Positions 22,749 to 32,940 of a stretch of 64,000 nucleotides of DNA are shown piece by piece. Position numbers and translations under genes: made by a program. The stretch's first letter is position 1; each line of letters starts with the position of its first letter. The notes under the pieces were generated by a model. That model ran no database searches, was not told the DNA's origin, and saw only the letters and a list, made by a program, of their open reading frames with translations. The stretch spans positions 19,999 through 83,998 of the forward strand of contig USBY01000006.1 in NCBI GenBank assembly GCA_900553015.1, read 5' to 3'. Origin of the DNA: an uncultured Clostridium sp. (GTDB taxonomy: Bacteria; Bacillota; Clostridia; TANB77; CAG-508).

Positions 22749-24902
22749 TTACCCTATTTTCATAGAAAGCTTTACTTTTTGTCTATCATTATCTATTCCA
22801 ATAACTTTTACTTTTACAATATCTCCAACAGAAACTATATCTGATGGATTTTTAACAAATTTTTCGCTCATCTCTGATATGTGGACAAGTCCATCATGTT
22901 TTACACCAATATCCACAAATGCTCCAAAGTCAATTACATTTCTAACAGTACCTGTTAATATCATACCTTCTTTTAGGTCTTCAAATTTTAAAACATCTTG
23001 TCTTAATATTGGTTTTGGCATGTCTTCTCTAGGATCCCTACCAGGTTTAGACAACTCATCTATTATATCTTTTAATGTCATCTCACCTACATTTAGAGCT
23101 TTTGCTGTTTCGGTTAAATTTATACTTCCTAATTTTTTTCTAAGCTCTATTAATTTATCCTTATCTTTTAAATCCTCTGTTCCATAGCCTAAAGTTTTTA
23201 ACAATTCTTCTGCTATTTCGTAGCTTTCAGGGTGTACTGCTGTATTTTCTAATGGGTTTGTTCCATCAGGAATTCTAATAAATCCAGCACATTGTTCAAA
23301 AGCAACTTTACCTAATTTAGGAACTTTAAGTAATTCTTTTCTAGTTTTTAACTTTCCGTTTTCATCTCTGTATTTTACTATGTTTTTAGCTATAGTTTTA
23401 TTTATTCCTGAAACATATGAAAGAAGTGATGGTGTCGCAGTATTTACATCTACTCCAACCTTATTAACACTATCTTCTACAACTCCTGCTAAGCTTTCTT
23501 CCAATTTCTTTTGATTTACATCATGTTGATATTGACCTACACCTATAGATTTAGGGTCAATTTTAACGAATTCTGCAAGAGGATCTTGAAGTCTTCTAGC
23601 TATAGATATTGCACCTCTTATAGAAACATTTATATCTGGATACTCCTCTGTTGCAAGTTTTGATGCAGAATATACAGATGCTCCAGCTTCACTTACTATA
23701 GTATATAAAACTTCGTGGTCACATTTCTTTATCATTTCTGATACAAACATTTCTGATTCTCTTGAAGCTGTTCCATTTCCTATCGCAATCATATCTACAT
23801 GATCTTTATTAATTAATCTTACTAATTCCTTTTCTGCTCCCTCCACATCATTTTGTGGCTCTGTTGGGTATACTGTTGTAATATCTAAAACCTTACCTGT
23901 TTCATCTATTATTGCAATTTTACAACCTGTTCTATATGCTGGGTCAAATCCCATAACTGTTATCCCCTTTATTGGAGCTCCTAATAGTAATTGTTTTGCA
24001 TTTTTACCAAATACTTTTATTGCTTGCTCTTCTGCTTTTTCTGTTAAATCTGATCTTATTTCTCTATCAATAGATGGTTCTATTAATCTTTTAAAACTAT
24101 CTTGAATAGTATCTTTTAAATATTGCGTAAACTGTGTTTCGCCTTTAATTATATCTTTTTCTATTTTTTCTAATATTTTATCTTCTTCTTTTTCTATCTT
24201 AACTTTTAGGAATTCTTCTTTTTCTCCTCTGTTTATTGCAAGAATTCTATGACTTGGTATTTTATTTACATTTTCACTGTAATCATAATACATTTCATAA
24301 GCAGATTTTTCTTCTGGCTTTGTAGCAGTAGTCTTTATAACTCCTTTTGAATATATTATTTGTTTAATTAGCTTTCTATATTCTGGATTATCAGATATCA
24401 TCTCTGCAATAATATCTAATGCTCCCTGTATTGCCTCTTCTACAGTTTTTACTTCTTTTTCTTCATTTATATATTCAGCTGCTATTTCTTGTATATTTTT
24501 TGTCTCTTCTTGAGCCAAAATAATTTCTGCAAGTGGTTCTAAACCTTTTGCTTTTGCTACAGTTGCTCTTGTCTTTTTCTTTTGCTTATATGGTCTATAG
24601 ATATCTTCTACTTCTGCAAGTGTTATAGCATTCTCTAAATCTTTTACTATCTCTTCTGTTAATTTTCCTTGCTCCTCTATAGAATTTGTAACCTCTTCTT
24701 TTCTCTTTTCTAAATTTCTTAAATAATTTAATCTTTCTCCAAAAGTTCTTAAAACTTCGTCAGAAAGCCCTCCTGTTACTTCTTTCCTATATCTAGCAAT
24801 AAAAGGAATTGTGTTTCCTTCATCTATTAGTTTTATTGTATTTTCTACTTGTGATTTTTTTATATTTAATTCAGTTGCTATGATTTGTATAATTTTATCC
24901 AT
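22749..24902 (-). CDS. tex: Transcription accessory protein Tex (YqgF/RuvC-like, HhH and S1 domains)
   Basis: 717 aa. N-terminal MDKIIQIIATELNIKKSQVENTIKLIDEGNTIPFIARYRKE. C-terminal S1 domain. Confidence 0.95.
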   Translation of the reverse strand: MDKIIQIIATELNIKKSQVENTIKLIDEGNTIPFIARYRKEVTGGLSDEVLRTFGERLNYLRNLEKRKEEVTNSIEEQGKLTEEIVKDLENAITLAEVEDIYRPYKQKKKTRATVAKAKGLEPLAEIILAQEETKNIQEIAAEYINEEKEVKTVEEAIQGALDIIAEMISDNPEYRKLIKQIIYSKGVIKTTATKPEEKSAYEMYYDYSENVNKIPSHRILAINRGEKEEFLKVKIEKEEDKILEKIEKDIIKGETQFTQYLKDTIQDSFKRLIEPSIDREIRSDLTEKAEEQAIKVFGKNAKQLLLGAPIKGITVMGFDPAYRTGCKIAIIDETGKVLDITTVYPTEPQNDVEGAEKELVRLINKDHVDMIAIGNGTASRESEMFVSEMIKKCDHEVLYTIVSEAGASVYSASKLATEEYPDINVSIRGAISIARRLQDPLAEFVKIDPKSIGVGQYQHDVNQKKLEESLAGVVEDSVNKVGVDVNTATPSLLSYVSGINKTIAKNIVKYRDENGKLKTRKELLKVPKLGKVAFEQCAGFIRIPDGTNPLENTAVHPESYEIAEELLKTLGYGTEDLKDKDKLIELRKKLGSINLTETAKALNVGEMTLKDIIDELSKPGRDPREDMPKPILRQDVLKFEDLKEGMILTGTVRNVIDFGAFVDIGVKHDGLVHISEMSEKFVKNPSDIVSVGDIVKVKVIGIDNDRQKVKLSMKIG

Positions 24903-24914
24903 TTTATCTCCCTT

Positions 24915-24940
24915 CGGGATTTAGGGACGTTCCTTTTCCC
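24915..24940 (+). repeat. Copy c of the repeat family: CGGGATTTAGGGACGTTCC followed by TTTTCCCTTTTCCC
   Basis: Core match. Lies between the minus-strand ABC-F and tex genes. Confidence 0.6.
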
Positions 24941-24978
24941 TTTTCCCTTTTGCATTTTTCCTTTTTACTTTTCCTTTT

Positions 24979-26562
24979 CTATTCTAATCCTAAGTATTCA
25001 TTGTAAGTACATTCTTTATCTACTACGCTTCCGTCTTTTTTGATGTCTATTATTCTATTTGCTACAGTTTGCATTAATTGATGGTCATGTGATGCAAATA
25101 TCATATTTCCTTTAAATCTTTCCATTCCTTCATTTAATGCAGTAATGCTTTCCATGTCTAAATGGTTTGTTGGTTCATCAAAAATTAAGAAGTTTGCACC
25201 TGATAACATTAATTTAGATAATACACATCTTACCTTTTCCCCTCCAGATAAAACTTTTACATTTTTTAAAGCTTCATCACCAGAGAATAACATTCTACCT
25301 AAAAAGCTTCTTACATATGTCTCATCTGGATCTTTTGAATATTGTCTTAACCAATCTGTTATACTTAAATCTTGTGTAAATAAGTAGCTATTATCTTTTG
25401 GGAAATATGCTTTAGTTATAGTTGTTCCGAATGATACTTCTCCCTCATCTGGTTCTAATTCTCCTGCTAATATTTGGAACAATGTTGTTCTTGCATTTTC
25501 ATTATCTGCTATTATTGCAATCTTATTATCTGTTTTTACTGTAAAAGATACATTATCTAATACTTTCTCTCCATCTACAGTTTTGCTTAAATTCTTAACT
25601 GTTAAAATATCTTTTCCTGGCTCTCTGTCTGGTTTAAAATCTATATATGGATATCTTCTATTTGATGGTTTTATTTCATCTAATTGGATTTTCTCTAATG
25701 ATTTTTTTCTTGATGTAGCTTGTTTTGATTTAGATGCATTAGCACTAAAACGTGCAATAAATTCTTGTAATTCTTTTATTTTCTCCTCTTTCTTCTTATT
25801 TGCATCTTTCATTTGTTTTAATGCCAATTGGCTAGATTCATACCAGAAATCATAGTTTCCTGGGTATACCTTAATTTTTCCAAAGTCTACATCTGCAATA
25901 TGTGTACATACTTTATTTAGGAAATATCTGTCGTGTGATACTACAATTACTGTATTTTCAAAGTTTATTAAGAACTCCTCTAACCATTGAATAGTTTTTA
26001 AATCCAAATCGTTTGTAGGCTCGTCTAATAATAATATATCTGGATTTCCAAATAAGCTTTGTGCAAGTAATATCTTTACTTTTTCCCTATCTTCAATTTC
26101 TTTCATTTGTTTATAATGATTTTCTGGAGATATTCCTAAATCATTTAATAAAGTAGCTGCATTTGTTTCTGCATTCCAACCATCTAATTCGGCAAATCTC
26201 TCTTCTAATTTTGCAGCTTTCATACCATCTTCTTCTGAAAAATCTTCTTTAGCATATATTTCTTCTTTTTCTTTCATAATGCTATAAAGTTCTTGATTTC
26301 CCATTATGACAGCATCTAGTACATTATACTCATCATATGCAAAGTGATCTTGCTTTAAAATAGATATTCTTTCTCCCTTATCTACTGTTACATCACCTTT
26401 ACTTGGTTCTAATTCTCCTGAAAGTACTTTTAAAAACGTAGATTTTCCTGCACCATTTGCTCCAATTATTCCATAGCAATTTCCTTTTCCAAACTTAATG
26501 TTTACATCTTCAAATAATATTCTTTTACCAAAACGCACTGTTACACCATTTACAGATAACAT
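24979..26562 (-). CDS. ABC-F family ATPase (tandem ABC domains, no TM region), a translation-factor-type ABC protein. Start reassigned to ATG 26562 (RBS GGAGGAG).
   Basis: Two Walker A motifs (GANGAGKST...) and two LSGGE signatures. Linker between the two domains. Confidence 0.9.
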   Translation of the reverse strand: MLSVNGVTVRFGKRILFEDVNIKFGKGNCYGIIGANGAGKSTFLKVLSGELEPSKGDVTVDKGERISILKQDHFAYDEYNVLDAVIMGNQELYSIMKEKEEIYAKEDFSEEDGMKAAKLEERFAELDGWNAETNAATLLNDLGISPENHYKQMKEIEDREKVKILLAQSLFGNPDILLLDEPTNDLDLKTIQWLEEFLINFENTVIVVSHDRYFLNKVCTHIADVDFGKIKVYPGNYDFWYESSQLALKQMKDANKKKEEKIKELQEFIARFSANASKSKQATSRKKSLEKIQLDEIKPSNRRYPYIDFKPDREPGKDILTVKNLSKTVDGEKVLDNVSFTVKTDNKIAIIADNENARTTLFQILAGELEPDEGEVSFGTTITKAYFPKDNSYLFTQDLSITDWLRQYSKDPDETYVRSFLGRMLFSGDEALKNVKVLSGGEKVRCVLSKLMLSGANFLIFDEPTNHLDMESITALNEGMERFKGNMIFASHDHQLMQTVANRIIDIKKDGSVVDKECTYNEYLGLE

Positions 26563-26628
26563 ATTTTCTCCTCCTTTTTTAGCTTGCATTATTATATACT
26601 ATTTATTATAATTTTACAACTTTAGGCT

Positions 26629-27090
26629 TTATTTACCTTCTTCAATTATCGTTTTTCTTTCGTCTTCTATTACTTTTAAAATATGTTCATCATCTGTTTT
26701 TATCATATCTAGATATTTTAGTGCTTCTTTGTTTTCTCCATTTTTATATGCAGCTGTTGCTAAACTTAAAAAGTATGTATTTTGTATTTCATCACCTACA
26801 GGCTTTTCTTTCATATTTTTTAGTTTATCATAAAATATTTTTGCATTATCTGTTTTTTGATATTCTCTCATTATTTTGTTATATTCTATACAAAACTTAC
26901 GTGATGCTAGTTTTTCTATAAATAAAGTTATTACAAAATATAATACGCTAAATAATATTACAAAAACTAATTGTGTAATTATAAATATTTTTATATCTGA
27001 AATATCAAAATATTTAAAAATAAAAATCACTATAAATTCTAATATTAAAAACACTATTAAATATACTTTATCTAATTTATCATTTTTCAT
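26629..27090 (-). CDS. Hypothetical small membrane protein (2 N-terminal TM helices, TPR-like C-terminal region)
   Basis: ORF with hydrophobic N-terminus. Confidence 0.5.
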   Translation of the reverse strand: MKNDKLDKVYLIVFLILEFIVIFIFKYFDISDIKIFIITQLVFVILFSVLYFVITLFIEKLASRKFCIEYNKIMREYQKTDNAKIFYDKLKNMKEKPVGDEIQNTYFLSLATAAYKNGENKEALKYLDMIKTDDEHILKVIEDERKTIIEEGK

Positions 27091-27181
27091 TTGTTTTCTC
27101 CTTCTTTATGTTAGTATTAAATCAATAAAAGCAGATACAAAATTTACTACACTCCTATAAATTTTGTGTCCGCCATTTAAA

Positions 27182-28135
27182 TTAATTCAACATGTCTTTC
27201 TTTTTTAACCATACTACAGAAATTATAGTAAGTAATGTTGCTATAAAAATCATTATCCAAAATCCTAATGTATTCCCCTCAAATGGTAATTTTACATTCA
27301 TTCCCCAAAAACTTGCAATCATTGTTGGTACTGCGATTATTATAGTAATTGAAGTTAATGATTTCATAACACCATTTAAGTTGTTTGATATTATAGAAGC
27401 ATATGCATCCATTGTACCATTTAAGATATCGCTATATACTTTACTCATTTCTATAGCCTGCTTATTTTCTATAATAGCATCTTCTAATATGTCTTCATCT
27501 TCATCATATAATTTTATATTTTTTATTTTTAAAGTTCTTTCCATAACTGCTTCATTTGATCTTAATGAAGTAGTTATATATACTAAAGATTTCTCCAAAC
27601 TTAATAATTTTAAAAGCTCTCTATTTTTCATAGAATTTTTTAATACATTTTCTGCAATTTCTGTTTCTTTATTAATCTTTTTTAGGTATTCTAGATAATC
27701 TGAAGAATTGTTATACATCATTTGTAAAATAAATCTACTCTTTTTATATGTACAAAAACTTTTTACTTTCCCAGTTTCAAACTTTTTTATTAAACTACAT
27801 TCTCTTAAAGTTACTGTTATGAAAAAGTCATCTCTTACTACAATCATACCTATAGGCATTGTTGCATACATATATCCACCATTTTGTGATTTCTCAGTAA
27901 CTGGTATGTCTATAATGAATAATATTGTGTCATCTTCATCTTCTACGTCGATTCTGGCTTTTTCCTCATTATCTAGTGCGTATCTTATAAAGTCTTCTTT
28001 TATATTAATATTTTGGCAAACTTCTTTTATTTCTTCTTCCGAAGGATCTACCATATGTATCCATGTTCCTCTTGTATATGTATCTACACTTTCTAATTTA
28101 TTTGTTTCCATATTTGTATTATATAGTTTTATCAT
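27182..28135 (-). CDS. corA: CorA-family magnesium/cobalt transporter
   Basis: C-terminal FWGMNVKLPF (GMN motif) and 2 C-terminal TM helices. RBS AGGAGGGG. Confidence 0.9.
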   Translation of the reverse strand: MIKLYNTNMETNKLESVDTYTRGTWIHMVDPSEEEIKEVCQNINIKEDFIRYALDNEEKARIDVEDEDDTILFIIDIPVTEKSQNGGYMYATMPIGMIVVRDDFFITVTLRECSLIKKFETGKVKSFCTYKKSRFILQMMYNNSSDYLEYLKKINKETEIAENVLKNSMKNRELLKLLSLEKSLVYITTSLRSNEAVMERTLKIKNIKLYDEDEDILEDAIIENKQAIEMSKVYSDILNGTMDAYASIISNNLNGVMKSLTSITIIIAVPTMIASFWGMNVKLPFEGNTLGFWIMIFIATLLTIISVVWLKKKDMLN

Positions 28136-28187
28136 ATTATAAACCCCTCCTACTCTTTTTATTTTGTTTGCCTTGTGAATTTAAAAA

Positions 28188-28214
28188 GGGATTTTAAGCA
28201 ACGTCCCTAAATCC
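28188..28214 (-). repeat. Copy d of the repeat family in minus orientation (minus strand reads GGGATTTAGGGACGTTGCTTAAAATCCC plus T5), between the giant surface-protein gene end and the corA start
   Basis: Core match in reverse orientation. Confidence 0.65.
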
Positions 28215-28228
28215 CCCCTCTGTTAAAT

Positions 28229-28256
28229 ATAGGAGCTTTAATACTAAAGCTCCTAT
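28229..28256 (-). terminator. Terminator-like hairpin ATAGGAGCTTTA-ATAC-TAAAGCTCCTAT downstream of the giant surface-protein gene
   Basis: 12-bp palindrome. Confidence 0.4.
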
Positions 28257-28308
28257 AAAACTCCTATTATTAAGTTTACATATTTTTTATTTTTTTGTCA
28301 AGTTCTTA

Positions 28309-31300
28309 CTATAAAACTTTCTTCTTTATTATTACAATTCCTGCTACTAATACTCCTAAACTAACTATAGCAATTACTATTAATGTTAACTGTCTGTTTG
28401 CACCAAATGGTACTACAAATGTTAATACTTCTGCTTTTCCAGTATCAACCTCTTCTATATTTTTAAGAGTTGATGGATATGTATTACCTGGAATTTCTAC
28501 TACTTCTTTATTCGTAGTATCTTCATAGTATGGTCTTCTACCATTAGCTATAGTCAATCTTATAACTTCTGCTATATTTTGTATTTCATCGGCATTTGAT
28601 GTGTCTTCTGTTCTTGCAATAACCCTTGTAAGTGTCATAACATCTTCCAATGATATATAGTCATCACTTCTTAAGTATTGAGTTGCTTCACCTGGTAAAT
28701 TAGTTAATAATATTTCATCCACTGAATTTTTAGCTTCATCAAAAGCACCAGGCTCTAATAATGTTCCCCTATAATTATCTGGAAGTTTTATAGATTCATC
28801 TCTATTTGCAATTACTTGCCATAAATCAGCACTTTGTATAGTTTTTCCTGCAACTGCATATGAACCGTTTCCTGGATTTATAGCATATGAAATCGTTCCG
28901 TATTGTTTTGTTAGTTCTACATCATATTGTAATGAATTTGGTATATAATCAATTATTGCTGTAGCTACAATTGTATTTTCGGTATTTCTATTTGAAACAA
29001 CTCCTGTATAATAATATGATCTATCATTATAATCTAACTCGCTATGATTTCTTAAAGTTAAAGAATATCTTACAGTTAATGTAGAACCATATAGTAAGTT
29101 TTCATCTACAGTACCTTGTACTAATCCGCTAGATGTCATATTTCCTCTATTATTATATTTGTTTTCTTTCCATGTTAAGTTAGAAGTTGACTGATTTGTA
29201 TCGAATATAGTTGTACCATCTGTAGCTGTTAATTTAATATGTGATACATTCTTTTCTAATACAATTTTTGTTCTTGGTCTCTCTATTATTCCGAAATCCA
29301 CATTTTGTACTTTATATGATGTCTTTTCATTTTTCAAGTATTCAATTTCCATTGCCATTTTGGCTGTATTTGCAGTCATATATGTGTTCTCTGCTAATGT
29401 TGATAATAAGTTAGAATTACTTGTTCTTGTTGCATTTAATACAGTAGCAACATCATATTTATAATCTTTACTATATGAATTTACAGTCTCTCTTCTAGAG
29501 TAATCATCTGCTGCATCATTCTTACGTGGTGAAGTATTCTTATACCAATATAAATCTGAGTAATCTCCTTCTGTATAAATTGTAGATTTATAATCTTGAC
29601 CTGTATACATTTGATTATTCTTTTGAGGATTTACTAAACATTCATAATCACCATAAGTAAATTTAATTAGATAATCTCCTGGGATATATCCAGATAATGT
29701 GTAGCTTCCATCCTCGTTACTTCTCGTTTCTACTTTATTTAAAGTATCAACATCATCGTTATTTTGACAAAGTAATTCTACTTTTACTTTATTTACAATA
29801 TTTTCTCCACTTGCATATTGTCCATCACCAATTCTTTCATTATGATCTAATTTATCTTTAAGTGGTAAATCCTCGAATACAGTACCTGATATTGTTCTTT
29901 CTGTATCATCTCTTATAAGTTTTAATCCTGGTGCAACATCTGCATCATCTTCAAATACCGCACTACTGCGTTTTGTTTTTTCTGTACCATCTAGGCTTTG
30001 GTAAGCATTAGTCTTTGATTGTTTTACAAAGTTTTGAACATTAGAAGATGTTGGGTTCATGTTGTCTGGTGTTGAGTCTATATCTAATAAACCTGCAACA
30101 GCTCCTGCATTTGTTATTTTATTACCATTTAAGTCATATCTATCTGATGTATAAGTATTTCTATAACCTGCAATTTCTGCAAAGTTTTCTTCTAGTGTCT
30201 CTCCTGTTGATAGTAATTCTCTTAAGGTATCGTATGAAACTTTGTATTGCATAAAGATCCATTTCTTATCTGTTATTCCTTCATTTGCTATACCTGTTGT
30301 ATGAATCTTATTATATGTCTTACCATTTCCAGATACACTACCTGAAGAACTCCAATTTATGGCTTTTCCATTCTCATCATAAGAATTTACTAATTGATAT
30401 GATGTATCTGCATAATCATTTAAGTCTGTTATATATCCTGTAATTTTACCAACTGATTGGTTCTTTATTTGTATTTTATATGTTACATATACTTGTAATT
30501 TATCTGGATCAGAATCATACTGTGCAGCTGATTTATATTGTAAGTCTGTTTTTCTTAGTTTTCTTTCATAATCAGGTATATCTGTACCTCTTATCGTTAC
30601 TTCTAAATCTTCTCCTGCACCATTATAATCATATGTATGGCTCTTACCATTTATTGTTACATCAACTTTTACTAAGTCTTTTCTTAAGTTCATATCAAAT
30701 TCTTCTCTATCTTTTATACCAAAGTTAACGTTTTGTGTCTGTTCTGTAGTATTTGCTGCATTATATAATAATAAGTTTTGTAATCCATTTGAGCCTGTAT
30801 ATGCATAGATCATAAACATTTCATTGTTAGTATCATCTCTATCTGGATATTTATGATTTGCATCTACTTGTGCAAATTTATTATTAAATGAATTTCTATT
30901 TTGTGTTCCATCTGTTGCATATGATCTTTCTGCAACTGTTGTATCTACCTTATTATTACCTGTTCCAGTATATTTCTTTTGAGTTTGATATGTTGTTGGT
31001 TCATAAAGTTGTCCATTATATTTAAATCTTACATAATAACTCTTAGATGGATCTAGTTTGTCAAACTCATAGTATCCATTGTTATTTGTACTTGTTTGCG
31101 CTACTTGTTTTCTTGATGAATCAAATAATACTACTTCTATTCCTGGTAACATTTTATCGCCAGTACTTAAAATACCATCTTCACTTCCATCTTTTTGTGC
31201 TAAATTATCTTTAAATACCTTACCTGCTATTTTTAAAGTTAATGTTACTGGTATTCCATTATTACTAATAGTACTTTTATCTCCTGAAGCATTTATTTTA

Positions 31301-32940
31301 TCTGAAGCAACAATTTCAAAGTATATCATTGTATTTGATCCTCTATAATATTGCATTGCTTGAGAACCTTTAAATCCTTTAAGCGAACTACTTAATGTAA
31401 TCGTTTTCGTATAGTTATTTCCGCTTTTTGTCCATCCATTTGATTTTCCGTCTTGAATTTTTAGTCCAGTACTTGGCTCATCTACCAAAGTTACTTTTGT
31501 ACCTGGAGGAGAGCTTCCTGGTCCTATATTATATATTACCCATTGATACTCTACAATGTCCCCATTGTATACATATGGCACTCCATTAGAATTAAGCTCA
31601 CTTGCATCACAATATTTTTTATAGTCTGGATATGTTACACTTTTAACTGAAGCATTATTCTTTCCTTTATTATTAACTGTTATTGTTGGCACTTCGTTTA
31701 CTGTAAATATTCTTGTATATGAACCATCTTCTTGCTTTCTTTGGATTGATTTTATATATTTATATTTAACTATAACTGGTTCTGCTGGTGGAACTTTTAA
31801 AGTAAGTTCTGTTGAACCTGGTACATCTTGAGTATTAAACACTGCAATTCTTTGGTTCTCTCCACCGGCAAAAAGCATTATTCTGGTTGCATGAACAGAA
31901 TTTCCTGTACCTGTTAATTTTATGCTTTTAATATCCTCTGCTATATCACGAATTTTAATATAAAAATCCGTATCGTTAGCAATTTTGTCCATTCCAATTG
32001 CATTCTTAGAAGAATCTAGTATCGCTATATTTGATGTTGTATATGTTGTAGTTGCTGTTTCAATAGTTACTCCAGTAACTTTTGCGCTTCCAGTTTTCTT
32101 GATTCTATATGGTCCTAAAATAGTTTCTTTATCTGTATATTCTATATCTGGATCTCCTACTGATGTATTTGTAATTCCTCCTACACCATTTACTCTGTCT
32201 TCGGCATATCTTCTTGCTTCCTCATATACTGATGTATAATCATATTGTGTATCTCCTTTGTATCCATATATTCTTTGCCACTGTTGCCCTTTCCATTGAG
32301 ATACACCACCTGTATATTCATCTTCGGAATATTTACTTCCTGCCATTATATTAAAAACACTATTGTAATTTTTAGCATAATTACAAAATACAAAGAAATT
32401 TGTAGAATACCATCCATCTATAACGCTCTGTGAACTACTGTTAGCATCTTGTATTCCAGAATTTCCATGTAACATCCAGTTTGCAATTCCTGCCAAGAAA
32501 CGAGCTCTTTTTACAACATCTGAATTTGTTATTCTCTGTGCTCCTGCGGTTCCATAATATGCTCCTGATGCTACATATACATTTAAACCTGTCCAATCTG
32601 ATAACTTAGTATTATATTTATTGTCTATATCTACAATTGCTTGTAACCTATATGATGATCCATAATTTCCGTCTGCTGTGTGGTCTGGGTCAAAACACGC
32701 AGCAGTTGATTTCCAAATTGTAGCATCTTGTGTTCCATCTCCTACATATAAATCAACTGTTGTTGTGTCTGTATAATCATATGATAAGAAATCAGTTGGA
32801 TTAGAAAATGCTTTGTTAGCAATATCTTTATCTGTTATCCCTTCTACCACATTTGTAAATATTATAGCCATTCCTATTATTATAACTATTAATAAGGCAA
32901 GATTAATTAAGATTTTCTTTTTTGTTTCTTTATTTTCCAT
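28309..32940 (-). CDS. Giant cell-surface protein (1543 aa): N-terminal signal anchor, multiple Cna-B/SdrD-B-type and other Ig-like repeat domains, C-terminal hydrophobic segment plus KKK tail, no LPXTG
   Basis: Cna-B-like segments (NGYYEFDKLDPSKSYYVRFKYNG; SGYIPGDYLIKFTYGDYE). Ser/Thr/Asn-rich. RBS GGGGAGGG. Start overlaps the end of the upstream giant gene by 11 nt. Confidence 0.85.
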   Translation of the reverse strand: MENKETKKKILINLALLIVIIIGMAIIFTNVVEGITDKDIANKAFSNPTDFLSYDYTDTTTVDLYVGDGTQDATIWKSTAACFDPDHTADGNYGSSYRLQAIVDIDNKYNTKLSDWTGLNVYVASGAYYGTAGAQRITNSDVVKRARFLAGIANWMLHGNSGIQDANSSSQSVIDGWYSTNFFVFCNYAKNYNSVFNIMAGSKYSEDEYTGGVSQWKGQQWQRIYGYKGDTQYDYTSVYEEARRYAEDRVNGVGGITNTSVGDPDIEYTDKETILGPYRIKKTGSAKVTGVTIETATTTYTTSNIAILDSSKNAIGMDKIANDTDFYIKIRDIAEDIKSIKLTGTGNSVHATRIMLFAGGENQRIAVFNTQDVPGSTELTLKVPPAEPVIVKYKYIKSIQRKQEDGSYTRIFTVNEVPTITVNNKGKNNASVKSVTYPDYKKYCDASELNSNGVPYVYNGDIVEYQWVIYNIGPGSSPPGTKVTLVDEPSTGLKIQDGKSNGWTKSGNNYTKTITLSSSLKGFKGSQAMQYYRGSNTMIYFEIVASDKINASGDKSTISNNGIPVTLTLKIAGKVFKDNLAQKDGSEDGILSTGDKMLPGIEVVLFDSSRKQVAQTSTNNNGYYEFDKLDPSKSYYVRFKYNGQLYEPTTYQTQKKYTGTGNNKVDTTVAERSYATDGTQNRNSFNNKFAQVDANHKYPDRDDTNNEMFMIYAYTGSNGLQNLLLYNAANTTEQTQNVNFGIKDREEFDMNLRKDLVKVDVTINGKSHTYDYNGAGEDLEVTIRGTDIPDYERKLRKTDLQYKSAAQYDSDPDKLQVYVTYKIQIKNQSVGKITGYITDLNDYADTSYQLVNSYDENGKAINWSSSGSVSGNGKTYNKIHTTGIANEGITDKKWIFMQYKVSYDTLRELLSTGETLEENFAEIAGYRNTYTSDRYDLNGNKITNAGAVAGLLDIDSTPDNMNPTSSNVQNFVKQSKTNAYQSLDGTEKTKRSSAVFEDDADVAPGLKLIRDDTERTISGTVFEDLPLKDKLDHNERIGDGQYASGENIVNKVKVELLCQNNDDVDTLNKVETRSNEDGSYTLSGYIPGDYLIKFTYGDYECLVNPQKNNQMYTGQDYKSTIYTEGDYSDLYWYKNTSPRKNDAADDYSRRETVNSYSKDYKYDVATVLNATRTSNSNLLSTLAENTYMTANTAKMAMEIEYLKNEKTSYKVQNVDFGIIERPRTKIVLEKNVSHIKLTATDGTTIFDTNQSTSNLTWKENKYNNRGNMTSSGLVQGTVDENLLYGSTLTVRYSLTLRNHSELDYNDRSYYYTGVVSNRNTENTIVATAIIDYIPNSLQYDVELTKQYGTISYAINPGNGSYAVAGKTIQSADLWQVIANRDESIKLPDNYRGTLLEPGAFDEAKNSVDEILLTNLPGEATQYLRSDDYISLEDVMTLTRVIARTEDTSNADEIQNIAEVIRLTIANGRRPYYEDTTNKEVVEIPGNTYPSTLKNIEEVDTGKAEVLTFVVPFGANRQLTLIVIAIVSLGVLVAGIVIIKKKVL

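Noticed and set aside
26562-26589. Upstream ATG (MQAKKGGEN...) as start of the ABC-F gene
   Set aside because: That extension is encoded by the RBS itself (AAAAAGGAGGAG). The downstream ATG at 26562 is properly spaced from this RBS and begins the conserved MLSVNGVTVRF N-terminus.
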